DNA of 64,000 nt from a virus (taxonomy: Duplodnaviria; Caudoviricetes): IMG/VR virus record IMGVR_UViG_3300025671_008697; one strand, 5' to 3'. How positions within the stretch are numbered: position 1 is the stretch's first letter; the number at the start of each line of letters is the position of its first letter. Both the position numbers and the translations under genes were made by a program. The notes below the pieces were generated by a model. That model did not search any database. It was not told the origin of the DNA and worked only from the letters and a program-made list of their open reading frames with translations. Of the stretch, positions 1 to 8,193 are shown one piece after another.

Positions 1-10
1 GGACTGCAAC

Positions 11-598
11 ATGATGTATCCTTGCCGCAACATGGAAATATTTGCACTACCTATGGTCACTAAACAAGCAAGTATGATACGTGTCATGCCCAGACATGAA
101 GATATGATATTGGATGCTGCTAACATATGCAGGCTAGGAGACACGTGGTTATATTTGTTAAGCCACAGTGGTAACCAAGCAGCATTGGAATGGTTACGAG
201 AGCAGTATCCTGAAAAGACTATCGAAGCCTGTAACTTTTATTCTGGCGTGCATATTGACAGCACTATTGTGCCAATTAGAGAAGGCGTAGCGTTAGTTAA
301 TGGGTCAAGAGTTAAACCAGACAATCTGCCGCATGCATTGAAAGATTGGCATTGTGTTTATATCAACGATGTTGTGGCACAGGATTTTTATCAGTATCCT
401 TATGCCAGTAAATGGATCGCGCTCAACATGCTAATGGTAAATCCCTACCTCGCAGTGGTTGATAAAAATCAGAAAGAGTTAATTAAGACCTTGCAAAAAT
501 TAAATGTAGAAGTTATAATGTTAGAACTAAGACATAGTAGAACACTAGGCGGTGGGTTCCATTGTGTTACACTTGATTTATTTCGTGAACATCAATAA
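11..598 (+). CDS. Amidinotransferase (pentein) family protein, C-terminal part, probably truncated at the window edge
   Basis: C-terminal LRHSRTLGGGFHCVTLD catalytic-Cys motif and HIDST motif; frame is open back to position 2. Confidence 0.8.
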   Translation: MMYPCRNMEIFALPMVTKQASMIRVMPRHEDMILDAANICRLGDTWLYLLSHSGNQAALEWLREQYPEKTIEACNFYSGVHIDSTIVPIREGVALVNGSRVKPDNLPHALKDWHCVYINDVVAQDFYQYPYASKWIALNMLMVNPYLAVVDKNQKELIKTLQKLNVEVIMLELRHSRTLGGGFHCVTLDLFREHQ

Positions 599-627
599 AT
601 AACTAATTAATTTTAATAATAAAAAGA

Positions 628-1347
628 ATGCAGAGTTTTATAGATTATAGCGACATTATTTTTGACGCTTTTTGCCTACACAGCAAAACCAAAGACATAG
701 TAGACCGTAAACAAGAAATCCTAACAAAGATTCAAGAACACTACAATCAAGGCGCCAGCACGATTTTGTTTGTGGGATTTAATCCTGCAATATTGGCCTG
801 CCCAGTCGACAATATCTATGTAGCAGAAGTCAGTGACCGTGTGTTAACATGGTTACAGGAACAAAACAAACGAGTATCGCTATTCAAAAACGAACCAATG
901 AAATTTGACATAGTGGTAGCGTTTGATGAATACTTGACGTTTGCTGACACCGAAGACCAACAGAAGTACTTGGTAGATAACTTGTGCAACCTTAGCACTG
1001 GTTTAGTTATTACTACAGTCAAAGATTACAAGAATCAGGAATTCAAAGACAGAGAATACAGCCAACCTGCAATTATTAAAGCCAACAATCGCATGACTGC
1101 GTTTACCGAAATACACGATTGGGATCACGCTGACAAGAACAGTTGGAGCACCATGGTCTACGAACTACAAGGTACAGATACCAAGTGCCATGGAGTATAT
1201 CGTAGACGAGCACTTTATTTCAAACAGTTAGCCAAATTTACTTTGGACAAAGGTGCCGCCGGATTTTTGGTTCACAAAAATTTAATGTACAAGAGTTTGA
1301 TTAAAAAGAACTACGAACACGTTATCAGTATCCATTTTGAGGATTGA
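628..1347 (+). CDS. Hypothetical protein, possibly a degenerate class I SAM-methyltransferase fold
   Basis: ORF track; TILFVGFN and KFDIVVAFDEYL loosely resemble MTase strands. Confidence 0.5.
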   Translation: MQSFIDYSDIIFDAFCLHSKTKDIVDRKQEILTKIQEHYNQGASTILFVGFNPAILACPVDNIYVAEVSDRVLTWLQEQNKRVSLFKNEPMKFDIVVAFDEYLTFADTEDQQKYLVDNLCNLSTGLVITTVKDYKNQEFKDREYSQPAIIKANNRMTAFTEIHDWDHADKNSWSTMVYELQGTDTKCHGVYRRRALYFKQLAKFTLDKGAAGFLVHKNLMYKSLIKKNYEHVISIHFED

Positions 1348-1372
1348 CAATAATAGTTAAAAGTCATACAAT
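1344..1372 (+). promoter_or_regulatory. sigma70-type promoter, leaderless start
   Basis: TTGACA-17 nt-TACAAT, ATG 6 nt downstream at 1379. Confidence 0.7.
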
Positions 1373-1378
1373 ACAAGT

Positions 1379-2086
1379 ATGTACTATGTTTTCGACGTTG
1401 ACGGCACACTGACACCCAGTAGAGGCTTGATTGATCCCGAATTTTGCCGGTTTTTAATTGGCTCTGCTCAAAAAGACAGTTTAGTTTTGGTAACAGGAAG
1501 CGACAGCGCCAAAACAGTTGAGCAGATCGGCGAAACGCTATTTCGTGCAGTAGAATACAGTTTTAACTGTAGTGGCAATGTAGTCTATCACCGCGGCGGC
1601 TTAATATTTACTAGCGATTGGGAATTGCCAGAGGCTCCTTGGCAGTGGTTAGAAAATCAATTATACAAAAGTGAATATCCTTGGAAGTTTGGTAGACACT
1701 TTGAACAACGTCCCGGGCTATTGAATTTTAGTTTTGTAGGCAGGAATGCCACAGGCAATAACCGAACAGAATACTATGAATGGGATCGACGCACCAATCA
1801 AAGAGCACAACTCTGCAATCAGTTTAATAGAAAGTTTCCAGATTTGGAAGCACAGATAGGCGGCGAAACTGGAGTTGACATTTTCCCCAAAGGAAAAGAC
1901 AAAGCACAGATTCTAGATTGGCTTACGGGACCTGTGTGCTTTTTTGGTGATAGGCTAGATCCAGAAGGCAACGACAGACCCTTGGCAGATAGAATTCAAA
2001 AGGACAAGCGTGGAGCAAGTTATGCAGTTAGAAATTGGCGGGACACATGGCAACTTTTAAAACTAATGAATCTAGTCCAAGAATAG
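1379..2086 (+). CDS. HAD-IIB phosphomannomutase-like protein
   Basis: FDVDGTLT motif I, VTGSD, GGETGVDIFPKG, FFGDRLDPEGND motif IV. Confidence 0.8.
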   Translation: MYYVFDVDGTLTPSRGLIDPEFCRFLIGSAQKDSLVLVTGSDSAKTVEQIGETLFRAVEYSFNCSGNVVYHRGGLIFTSDWELPEAPWQWLENQLYKSEYPWKFGRHFEQRPGLLNFSFVGRNATGNNRTEYYEWDRRTNQRAQLCNQFNRKFPDLEAQIGGETGVDIFPKGKDKAQILDWLTGPVCFFGDRLDPEGNDRPLADRIQKDKRGASYAVRNWRDTWQLLKLMNLVQE

Positions 2087-3102
2087 GCTTTGCCTGTAAA
2101 TGGATTGACACATCAGAACAAATTGATGGCATCAAACCCAAAGATGATGCTAAAAAGTACAACACTGGTACAACCACAATCACTTGGTTAAATAAACAAA
2201 CAAGGGAAGCTGCCGAGCAACGGCTATGGGACCTTATGGTCCAAAACATTGAATCTACTAGACTGCTAGTGGAGCGAGTAGGAGAACTAGATGAAAACTT
2301 ACGCATGGTTAGGCTTAGTAGCGATATCTTACCTGCTTATACTGAGCCCAATTGGAGTTACTTCTGGCAACGTAGAGATGTTCGTGAATACTGCGATTTT
2401 CATTTTAGCGTTCTCGGCGACAGTGCTCGCAAAAGCCGGACTCGTCTTAGTTTTCATCCTGGCCAGTTTACTGTGTTGGCTAGCGATAACCCCGACGTCG
2501 TCCAACGAAGCATAGAGGAGTTTGAGTATCATGCAGATATGGCCAGGTGGATGGGCTATGGTAGAGAATTTCAAGACTTCAAGATCAATGTTCACATCGC
2601 GGGTCGAGCCGGCCCAGAAGGCATTAAACGAGCGCTCACGAAACTCTCGCCTGAAGCAAGAAATTGTATCACAATCGAAAACGACGAAATATCCTGGGGA
2701 CTCGACGCCAGCCTCGAACTACGGGAAGATCTCGCTTTGGTGTTAGACATACACCACCATTTTATTAAGACAGGAGAATATATTGAAGCCACTGACCCAC
2801 GTATTCAACAAGTTGTTGATAGTTGGCGTGGTGTGCGTCCTGTTATACATTACAGCATTAGCCCTGAAAGCGTACTCAACGACCATAGCCGTTCAGATAG
2901 ACCAAGTTTGGAGTTTTTGCTCGAGTCTGGTTATAAAAAGCAAAAACTAAGAGCCCACAGTGACTTCTATTGGAATAGTGCAGTTAATGAATGGGCACTG
3001 ACACATAATGGGTGGGCAGACATTATGTGCGAATCAAAAGCCAAAAATTTAGCCAGTTTTGAACTGGCTAAATTCGGTAAGGAACACAATCTAATTACTT
3101 AG
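2047..3102 (+). CDS. uvsE: UV damage endonuclease UvsE/UvdE
   Basis: RIGFACK, RLSSDILP, RLSFHPGQF, INVHIAG, ITIENDE, LDIHHH, RAHSD, DIMCESKAKNLA; second Met chosen as start. Confidence 0.92.
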   Translation: MATFKTNESSPRIGFACKWIDTSEQIDGIKPKDDAKKYNTGTTTITWLNKQTREAAEQRLWDLMVQNIESTRLLVERVGELDENLRMVRLSSDILPAYTEPNWSYFWQRRDVREYCDFHFSVLGDSARKSRTRLSFHPGQFTVLASDNPDVVQRSIEEFEYHADMARWMGYGREFQDFKINVHIAGRAGPEGIKRALTKLSPEARNCITIENDEISWGLDASLELREDLALVLDIHHHFIKTGEYIEATDPRIQQVVDSWRGVRPVIHYSISPESVLNDHSRSDRPSLEFLLESGYKKQKLRAHSDFYWNSAVNEWALTHNGWADIMCESKAKNLASFELAKFGKEHNLIT

Positions 3103-3454
3103 ACTTTTTTGTTCCTGAAGTTTTTTTAGCAGGTGCTTTCTTGGCAGCAGTCTTAGTGGCTGCTGTCTTTTTGGCTGCTGTAGTTTTCTTGGCAGGTGCC
3201 TTCTTAGCGGCAGTGCTTTTTGCTGCTACTGCTTTAGGTTTAGGCTCTGCGTCTTTTTTTACACCAACTGCTGTTGGAAAAGGCCACTCACCTTGTTGTA
3301 AACTTGGTGGTTCAATTTTGTAAGGTGCTGCCGCTTCTTGAGCCCGGCGTGTAGCGGCTTCCATGGCTGAGTCCTCATGCTCTCTACCTTTTTGAAAACT
3401 ACGGTAAATTACATAACCACCAACTGCTACTACTGCAATAATTAATGCTTCCAT
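3095..3454 (-). CDS. Membrane-anchored protein with histone H1-like Lys/Ala-rich tail
   Basis: N-terminal hydrophobic helix; C-terminal AAKK/APAKK repeats. Confidence 0.7.
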   Translation of the reverse strand: MEALIIAVVAVGGYVIYRSFQKGREHEDSAMEAATRRAQEAAAPYKIEPPSLQQGEWPFPTAVGVKKDAEPKPKAVAAKSTAAKKAPAKKTTAAKKTAATKTAAKKAPAKKTSGTKKSK

Positions 3455-3465
3455 TGTGTTTTTCC

Positions 3466-4098
3466 TTATTGTTGATCAGCGAACTCTAGTTTCGTTCTCA
3501 AGTAATTTAGTAAAACACCATACGCTGGTAAGAACACTACCAAACCAACTAACATCTTAACGATTGTTTGGTTGAATGCAACATCGCCAACCCAGGGTGC
3601 TGGATAAAACGCTGTGTAAAAGAACGTATATGTGTCAATAATGTTTGCAGCCAATGTACTGACAGCAGGTGCAATCCACCAATTGTCTGCCCACTTTTCA
3701 CGAATATGTTGGAATACATAAACGTCAAGCATGGTACCTACACCATAAGCAACACCACTGGCCAAACCAATGCGTAATGCTTTTTCCCAGGGAGCGCCGC
3801 CCAAACCAATTACCAAAATACTGGCAATGATTGCAGGGACGATAGCCATTGCTACAACTGCTCTTCCTGTCTGCTTACCTAACATGCGTACAGTTAAGTC
3901 TGTACCAACTACAACCAATGGGAAAGTAAAGGCTGCGGCTGCTAATGGAAAGTTACCAAAAAATGGTAATTCTGCACCAGGGAAAAGGTCGAATTTAAAT
4001 TGAACAAGCCAATTGCTAACTGCAATGACTAGGGTGTGAAGTACGACTAGTTTTTTAACTAGAGCACTATCAACACCTTCAAGTAATTTACTAAACAT
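3466..4098 (-). CDS. yhhQ: Queuosine precursor (preQ0/preQ1) transporter, YhhQ/VUT family
   Basis: VIAVSNWLVQ, FTFPLVVVGTDLTVRMLG, DVYVFQ, DTYTFF; multiple TM helices; SD AGGAG and TAAATA upstream on - strand. Confidence 0.85.
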   Translation of the reverse strand: MFSKLLEGVDSALVKKLVVLHTLVIAVSNWLVQFKFDLFPGAELPFFGNFPLAAAAFTFPLVVVGTDLTVRMLGKQTGRAVVAMAIVPAIIASILVIGLGGAPWEKALRIGLASGVAYGVGTMLDVYVFQHIREKWADNWWIAPAVSTLAANIIDTYTFFYTAFYPAPWVGDVAFNQTIVKMLVGLVVFLPAYGVLLNYLRTKLEFADQQ

Positions 4099-4128
4099 TG
4101 AGATCTCCTTGTTCGTTGATTAGTGTAT

Positions 4129-4134
4129 TATTTA
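4129..4134 (-). promoter_or_regulatory. T4-like late promoter core TAAATA
   Basis: TAAATA about 30 nt upstream of the yhhQ start. Confidence 0.55.
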
Positions 4135-4194
4135 CGACCCGTGCGGTAAGGAAAAAAATTATTAAGAATTAGTATTCAGGTACTAATTCTGCAC

Positions 4195-4230
4195 TTGACT
4201 TTGTTTTTGTGCCTGTGTACAATATAAATA
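4195..4230 (+). promoter_or_regulatory. Overlapping sigma70 and late promoters
   Basis: TTGACT-17-TACAAT overlapping TATAAATA (4223-4230). Confidence 0.7.
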
Positions 4231-4292
4231 CTTTGTAGAGATGCTGCATGGTGCGGGTCTCACAGTAACATTTCGTCTTAAGGAGAAACACA

Positions 4293-4571
4293 ATGTTCAC
4301 AATGGATACAGTAATCGACGCCGTTCAAACAGGCAAAAAAGAATTCGTAAAAACCTTTGTTCGTCAAGAAGACATGGCTGACGTCATGAACCGTTATATT
4401 GACATTCAAACAGACTATGCTAAAGATGCTACCAAGTTGGCGACAGAAAGCATGGCTATTGTTGGTAAGCAAGCACAACAGGCTTTTGAAACTTTTGCTA
4501 AGTTTGACTTTATTAAATTTGGCAATGACATGACCAAAGCATTTCAAACTGCTACAGCCAAAGCCAAATAA
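4293..4571 (+). CDS. Small helical protein, phasin-like
   Basis: Amphipathic Ala/Gln/Lys-rich helical pattern; SD AAGGAG; followed by terminator. Confidence 0.5.
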   Translation: MFTMDTVIDAVQTGKKEFVKTFVRQEDMADVMNRYIDIQTDYAKDATKLATESMAIVGKQAQQAFETFAKFDFIKFGNDMTKAFQTATAKAK

Positions 4572-4592
4572 TAATACTTTAGTATTATAGAT

Positions 4593-4616
4593 AAACCCGC
4601 CTAGTGCGGGTTTTTT
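4593..4616 (+). terminator. Rho-independent terminator
   Basis: AAACCCGC-CTAGT-GCGGGTTTTTT. Confidence 0.85.
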
Positions 4617-4678
4617 ATTGGTTGACACGAATTCCCTATTTTAGTACAATTACCATATCGTAATTAGTTGGAGCCTGA

Positions 4679-4879
4679 ATGGCACACTATAGTTTCACAC
4701 CTGCTCGCAAGTTTGAACCCCGCAAGGGTTTGGAAGGACCTTTTTATTACAGTTCGGGCAGAGTTCTTTACTATGACCCAAAGCAGGGCGAATACTACGA
4801 CCCCACCACGGACTTTTATGTCAGTCATGAAGAAGTCCTGGAATTGCAACAACAAGACTTCAAGGTATTGGCACGATGA
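4679..4879 (+). CDS. Hypothetical phage protein
   Basis: ORF after TTGACA-17-TACAAT promoter (from 4622); VLYYDPKQGEYYDP. Confidence 0.7.
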   Translation: MAHYSFTPARKFEPRKGLEGPFYYSSGRVLYYDPKQGEYYDPTTDFYVSHEEVLELQQQDFKVLAR

Positions 4880-5607
4880 AACTGGGCAATCTTTTTCTCT
4901 ATAACGATGCAGTTGAACGTCTAAAGTCTAGGCATTGGTATCGTTATAACTCCGGTGCCACTCGTGAAAGTGACCAATTGCTGACTTTTACGCTGTCAGA
5001 AACTGCGGCACAGGACAGTGAAACTAACTTCGAGTATCTTCGCGAGTTTGCCCGTCGACACAGAGCGCCCTACTTTATCATCACCGACTATGGTGTACAA
5101 TTTGTTGGGCATGATCACGAAATACTTAAAACTGAGTTTATCACTGTAAGAATGATAGATGATTATCACACTTACCGAGAAAATGCCACAGACCACTATT
5201 ACTACCGAGATCAGAGTCTGTCATCAATAATGAATGAACGTAATTATCAAGGTGATGACACCGACCGGTATGCTAGTCAGTTTGACAGTTGGCGCATGGG
5301 CGGGTGTTGGGTGTTGCCCAAACGCCGAGGATTTTACAACACCGAGACTGGCGAAAAAATCTCCAACCGTCGTCAACAGATTGAAACTCTTTGGAAACTG
5401 GGTTTCATGAGTCGTCGTGGCAGACCTATAACTGCGGCCAGTCCCAGTGTCAGCATCACACGAGACGAAGTCAATGAACTGATAAGGCTGCTCCATAACA
5501 TTGAACGAAAACACAAATCGGGCAAACCCCCCAATGAATTTACCGTAACCATTCATAGGTTATACAGACGTGTTATTCGTTACTGCGCTTGGCCCGGGTT
5601 TTGGTAA
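4876..5607 (+). CDS. Hypothetical protein
   Basis: 243-aa ORF with ATGA overlap. Confidence 0.65.
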   Translation: MKLGNLFLYNDAVERLKSRHWYRYNSGATRESDQLLTFTLSETAAQDSETNFEYLREFARRHRAPYFIITDYGVQFVGHDHEILKTEFITVRMIDDYHTYRENATDHYYYRDQSLSSIMNERNYQGDDTDRYASQFDSWRMGGCWVLPKRRGFYNTETGEKISNRRQQIETLWKLGFMSRRGRPITAASPSVSITRDEVNELIRLLHNIERKHKSGKPPNEFTVTIHRLYRRVIRYCAWPGFW

Positions 5608-5687
5608 TACTAAAGTAGTACTTGCTCTAAAATACCATTTTCGCTTATAATACACTTACATTGAAACAAAAGGAGTTTGAAATGTAC
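5605..5687 (+). repeat. Promoter/RBS cassette repeat, copy 1
   Basis: TAATACTAAAGTAGTAC-TTGCTC-18-TATAAT...ACTTACATTGAAACAAAAGGAGTTTGAAATGTAC; near-identical to 5823-5905 and 6076-6146. Confidence 0.9.
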
Positions 5688-5825
5688 ACCTGGAGATATC
5701 GAGTAAAACTGCAAGGCGGCGGCGAAATTGAAACCACAATGTCTGGTTACAGTGACAGTGAATGTGCCCGAGCACTACAGTCCATGTATCCTGGAGCTTG
5801 GGTAATTTGCCTGGGTATGTGTTAG
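5682..5825 (+). CDS. Small hypothetical protein (47 aa, MYTWRYRVKLQGGG...), not in ORF track
   Basis: Hand translation; AGGAG SD; behind cassette promoter 1. Confidence 0.7.
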   Translation: MYTWRYRVKLQGGGEIETTMSGYSDSECARALQSMYPGAWVICLGMC

Positions 5826-5905
5826 TACTAAAGTAGTACTTGCTCGAAAATACCATTTTCGCTTATAATTGACTTACATTGAAACAAAAGGAGTTTGAAA
5901 TGTAC
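5823..5905 (+). repeat. Promoter/RBS cassette repeat, copy 2
   Basis: TAGTACTAAAGTAGTAC-TTGCTC-18-TATAAT...AGGAGTTTGAAATGTAC. Confidence 0.9.
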
Positions 5906-6085
5906 GCATATGATAACATTGGTAAGCGGGCTGTGTGGCATAAACTCGGTGTGAAGTTTGAGACTGGCGCTTGGTATGAAATCAAAGTGTTTGCAATGAG
6001 TTTAGAAAGTGCCCAGGCTATGGCAGAGGCTAAGGCAGAGACCGAAGGTCATAAAATAGTTGCATGGGCATGTGCTAGTACTTAA
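5900..6085 (+). CDS. Small hypothetical protein (61 aa)
   Basis: ATG after cassette-2 SD. Confidence 0.7.
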   Translation: MYAYDNIGKRAVWHKLGVKFETGAWYEIKVFAMSLESAQAMAEAKAETEGHKIVAWACAST

Positions 6086-6146
6086 GTAGTACTTGCTCGA
6101 AAATACCATTTTCGCTTATAATTGACTTACATTGAAACAAAAGGAG
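6076..6146 (+). repeat. Promoter/RBS cassette repeat, copy 3
   Basis: TAGTACTTAAGTAGTAC-TTGCTC-18-TATAAT...ACATTGAAACAAAAGGAG. Confidence 0.9.
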
Positions 6147-6153
6147 CCACAGT

Positions 6154-6312
6154 ATGTCTAAGAAACACTTTGAACTACTCGCCAAGTACATCAGTAGTAT
6201 GATGGACACCAATGCACGTCTGCAAGCGGCAGTTGCCGTTGCTAGTGCCTGCAAGGAGGCCAATCAGCGTTTTGATCAAGATCGTTTTTTCCGTGCCTGT
6301 GGCATCAACTAA
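6154..6312 (+). CDS. Small hypothetical protein (52 aa, MSKKHFELLA...NQRFDQDRFFRACG)
   Basis: Hand translation; SD of cassette 3. Confidence 0.7.
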   Translation: MSKKHFELLAKYISSMMDTNARLQAAVAVASACKEANQRFDQDRFFRACGIN

Positions 6313-6326
6313 GGAGTTTAGTTAAA

Positions 6327-6467
6327 ATGAAACAGGAAGACGTAAATCGAGAAAATGCTCAACAACAGAAAGAAGATATTGAGCATCAGAAAAAACAGAT
6401 TGACGAGCAGGCAGAAGAAATTAAACGTCAGCGAGAACTAATTGAAAAAAGATTGCGAGGCGAATAA
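6327..6467 (+). CDS. Small coiled-coil protein (46 aa)
   Basis: Hand translation; AAGGAG SD; Q/E/K-rich. Confidence 0.55.
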   Translation: MKQEDVNRENAQQQKEDIEHQKKQIDEQAEEIKRQRELIEKRLRGE

Positions 6468-6468
6468 C

Positions 6469-6723
6469 ATGAGCAAGAAACAAAGAGTTGATTACGGGCG
6501 TTATGGATTTGACCAGTATCAAATAACCGATTTGCAGATTATTATGAATTTGGAAACCAAAGAAGACATGCGAGAGTTTGCAGAAACTGTGGGACACGAA
6601 GATGTTCAGTACGGTTTGGCTTTATTAGAAACCTTGGCCTTGGCTGTACTTGATGAAGAAACAGAATCAATGACAGAATTTCCTCAAGCCCGTGAAGTAA
6701 TTGAGCGAGTACGACATGCCTAA
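6469..6723 (+). CDS. Hypothetical protein
   Basis: ORF track (internal Met chosen as start). Confidence 0.6.
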   Translation: MSKKQRVDYGRYGFDQYQITDLQIIMNLETKEDMREFAETVGHEDVQYGLALLETLALAVLDEETESMTEFPQAREVIERVRHA

Positions 6724-7306
6724 TTGGTGTATGAATACTATGACAGTGCGTGGACCCAGCAAACAGGTTCATGACTTATTTGACCGAATTGGTAAAGCGG
6801 ACGAAGATGCATTTTTTAACGTCATCAAACCGCGTCCTGCTGACCAAGAAGAAAATTGGTACGGATGGAACATAGAAAACTGGGGGACCAAGTGGGACAC
6901 TGATCCTGGTGAATTTACTATAGATGACGGCGATCCCGAAGAGGGCATGAGCACTGTACATCTAAACTTTGACACTGCTTGGGGACCTCCGGACGCAATT
7001 GCTGAAGAACTCACAGAACAGGGTTTTGATGTCGACCTAATGTACTACGAACCTGGTGTGGGATTTGCTGGCGTTTATACAAGTTGGGCCGGCACAGATC
7101 ATTATGACTTTGACGGGCGTTCAGCAGACGAACTTGAGGACATTCTGCCAGAAGAATTAAACGACTGTTTTGGCATTGCAGAAGATATTCGTAATTCAGA
7201 AGAACTGGAGGATGAAGATGAGTTTGTAGAATGGTACGAAGACGGCGTTGAAGAACGTAATCTAAAACCGCATGACCCTAAATCAATTTGGAAAGACGAG
7301 GACTAA
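6716..7306 (+). CDS. Api92/YubB-like ferredoxin-fold domain protein (DUF1281-like)
   Basis: MPNWCMN, WYGWNIENWGTKWD, FDTAWGPP, YYEPG motifs. Confidence 0.75.
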   Translation: MPNWCMNTMTVRGPSKQVHDLFDRIGKADEDAFFNVIKPRPADQEENWYGWNIENWGTKWDTDPGEFTIDDGDPEEGMSTVHLNFDTAWGPPDAIAEELTEQGFDVDLMYYEPGVGFAGVYTSWAGTDHYDFDGRSADELEDILPEELNDCFGIAEDIRNSEELEDEDEFVEWYEDGVEERNLKPHDPKSIWKDED

Positions 7307-7307
7307 C

Positions 7308-7463
7308 ATGGACAAAATTCTTAAATACGCAAACGAAGCAATTTTTCATTTTCAGATGGACATGAAAGCGGCTGTGCGTTATGTAGTAAAAAACACTAAA
7401 TGCGAACCTGTGGTAGCAACCACAGCCTTACAGGACGTCATGACGGGATATAAATCGCGATGA
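7308..7463 (+). CDS. Small hypothetical protein
   Basis: ORF track, internal Met. Confidence 0.55.
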   Translation: MDKILKYANEAIFHFQMDMKAAVRYVVKNTKCEPVVATTALQDVMTGYKSR

Positions 7464-7789
7464 GCAGTTTTGTTGCAGGCATTGTCTGCACCTTGATCAA
7501 TGGCTGTGGCCCGCAATTAGGATATGCACCGCCGCAACCTCCTACCAATCCCAACGTTATTGTTTATCAAGACCGAGGGCCCATGGTTAATCAAGCAGTG
7601 CAGGCAGTGGACTTTCAACAAATCGCCAACATTGGTTTAGATTGCAGGAAGAAGGATGTTATCATCGCTTTTATTGAAAGTAAAGTGGGCAACCAACCAA
7701 GACATCCAGAACACCTCAACGACTATGACAGACGTTTGAATGCAGTAGCACGGAGTAAGATATGGCAGCTAAGAACAAACTGTTACTAG
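7460..7789 (+). CDS. Putative exported/lipoprotein
   Basis: Hydrophobic N-terminus with LINGC. Confidence 0.5.
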   Translation: MSSFVAGIVCTLINGCGPQLGYAPPQPPTNPNVIVYQDRGPMVNQAVQAVDFQQIANIGLDCRKKDVIIAFIESKVGNQPRHPEHLNDYDRRLNAVARSKIWQLRTNCY

Positions 7790-8145
7790 GACTGGTTGTA
7801 GTTGCCTGCATTTACTCTACCGTGGAGGCACAGACTCTGGAAGGCAGAACTGAATGTCGTTATGAGCGCAATACTGAACAGAATGCCAATGGTTCAATCA
7901 GCACTTATCAACGTGAGCGCTGTGTGGAAGAGCCAGGCCAGACTGTACGACAGGTTCGAATTGGAGATTTGGTAAGGGAAAGTTGGGTACGAGAACACCC
8001 TGTAATCAAACAGGACTTTGCTTATCGTGGAAACCGTTGCCGTTGGTTTTTGGAATCCGGAACGGCAGAAAGAGATTTGGTACAGTACCAAGGAATTATC
8101 TGTGAAGTACAACCAAATGCGTGGCGAGTTATTGACAAATTTTAA
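7762..8145 (+). CDS. Putative secreted protein
   Basis: Signal peptide ending VEA-Q; Cys pairs. Confidence 0.55.
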   Translation: MAAKNKLLLGLVVVACIYSTVEAQTLEGRTECRYERNTEQNANGSISTYQRERCVEEPGQTVRQVRIGDLVRESWVREHPVIKQDFAYRGNRCRWFLESGTAERDLVQYQGIICEVQPNAWRVIDKF

Positions 8146-8193
8146 CGGATTTGTTATAATTGCTTATCGATTAACTGCTCTTGGAGAGAGTAA

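Noticed and set aside
4099-4200. preQ1 riboswitch upstream of yhhQ
   Set aside because: No recognisable preQ1 aptamer; the hairpin at 4166-4190 is better explained as a variant palindromic promoter box or terminator
5605-6146. CRISPR array
   Set aside because: Repeats are 70-83 bp promoter/RBS units separated by intact ORFs of 140-190 bp, not short repeats with 30-40 bp spacers; no cas genes
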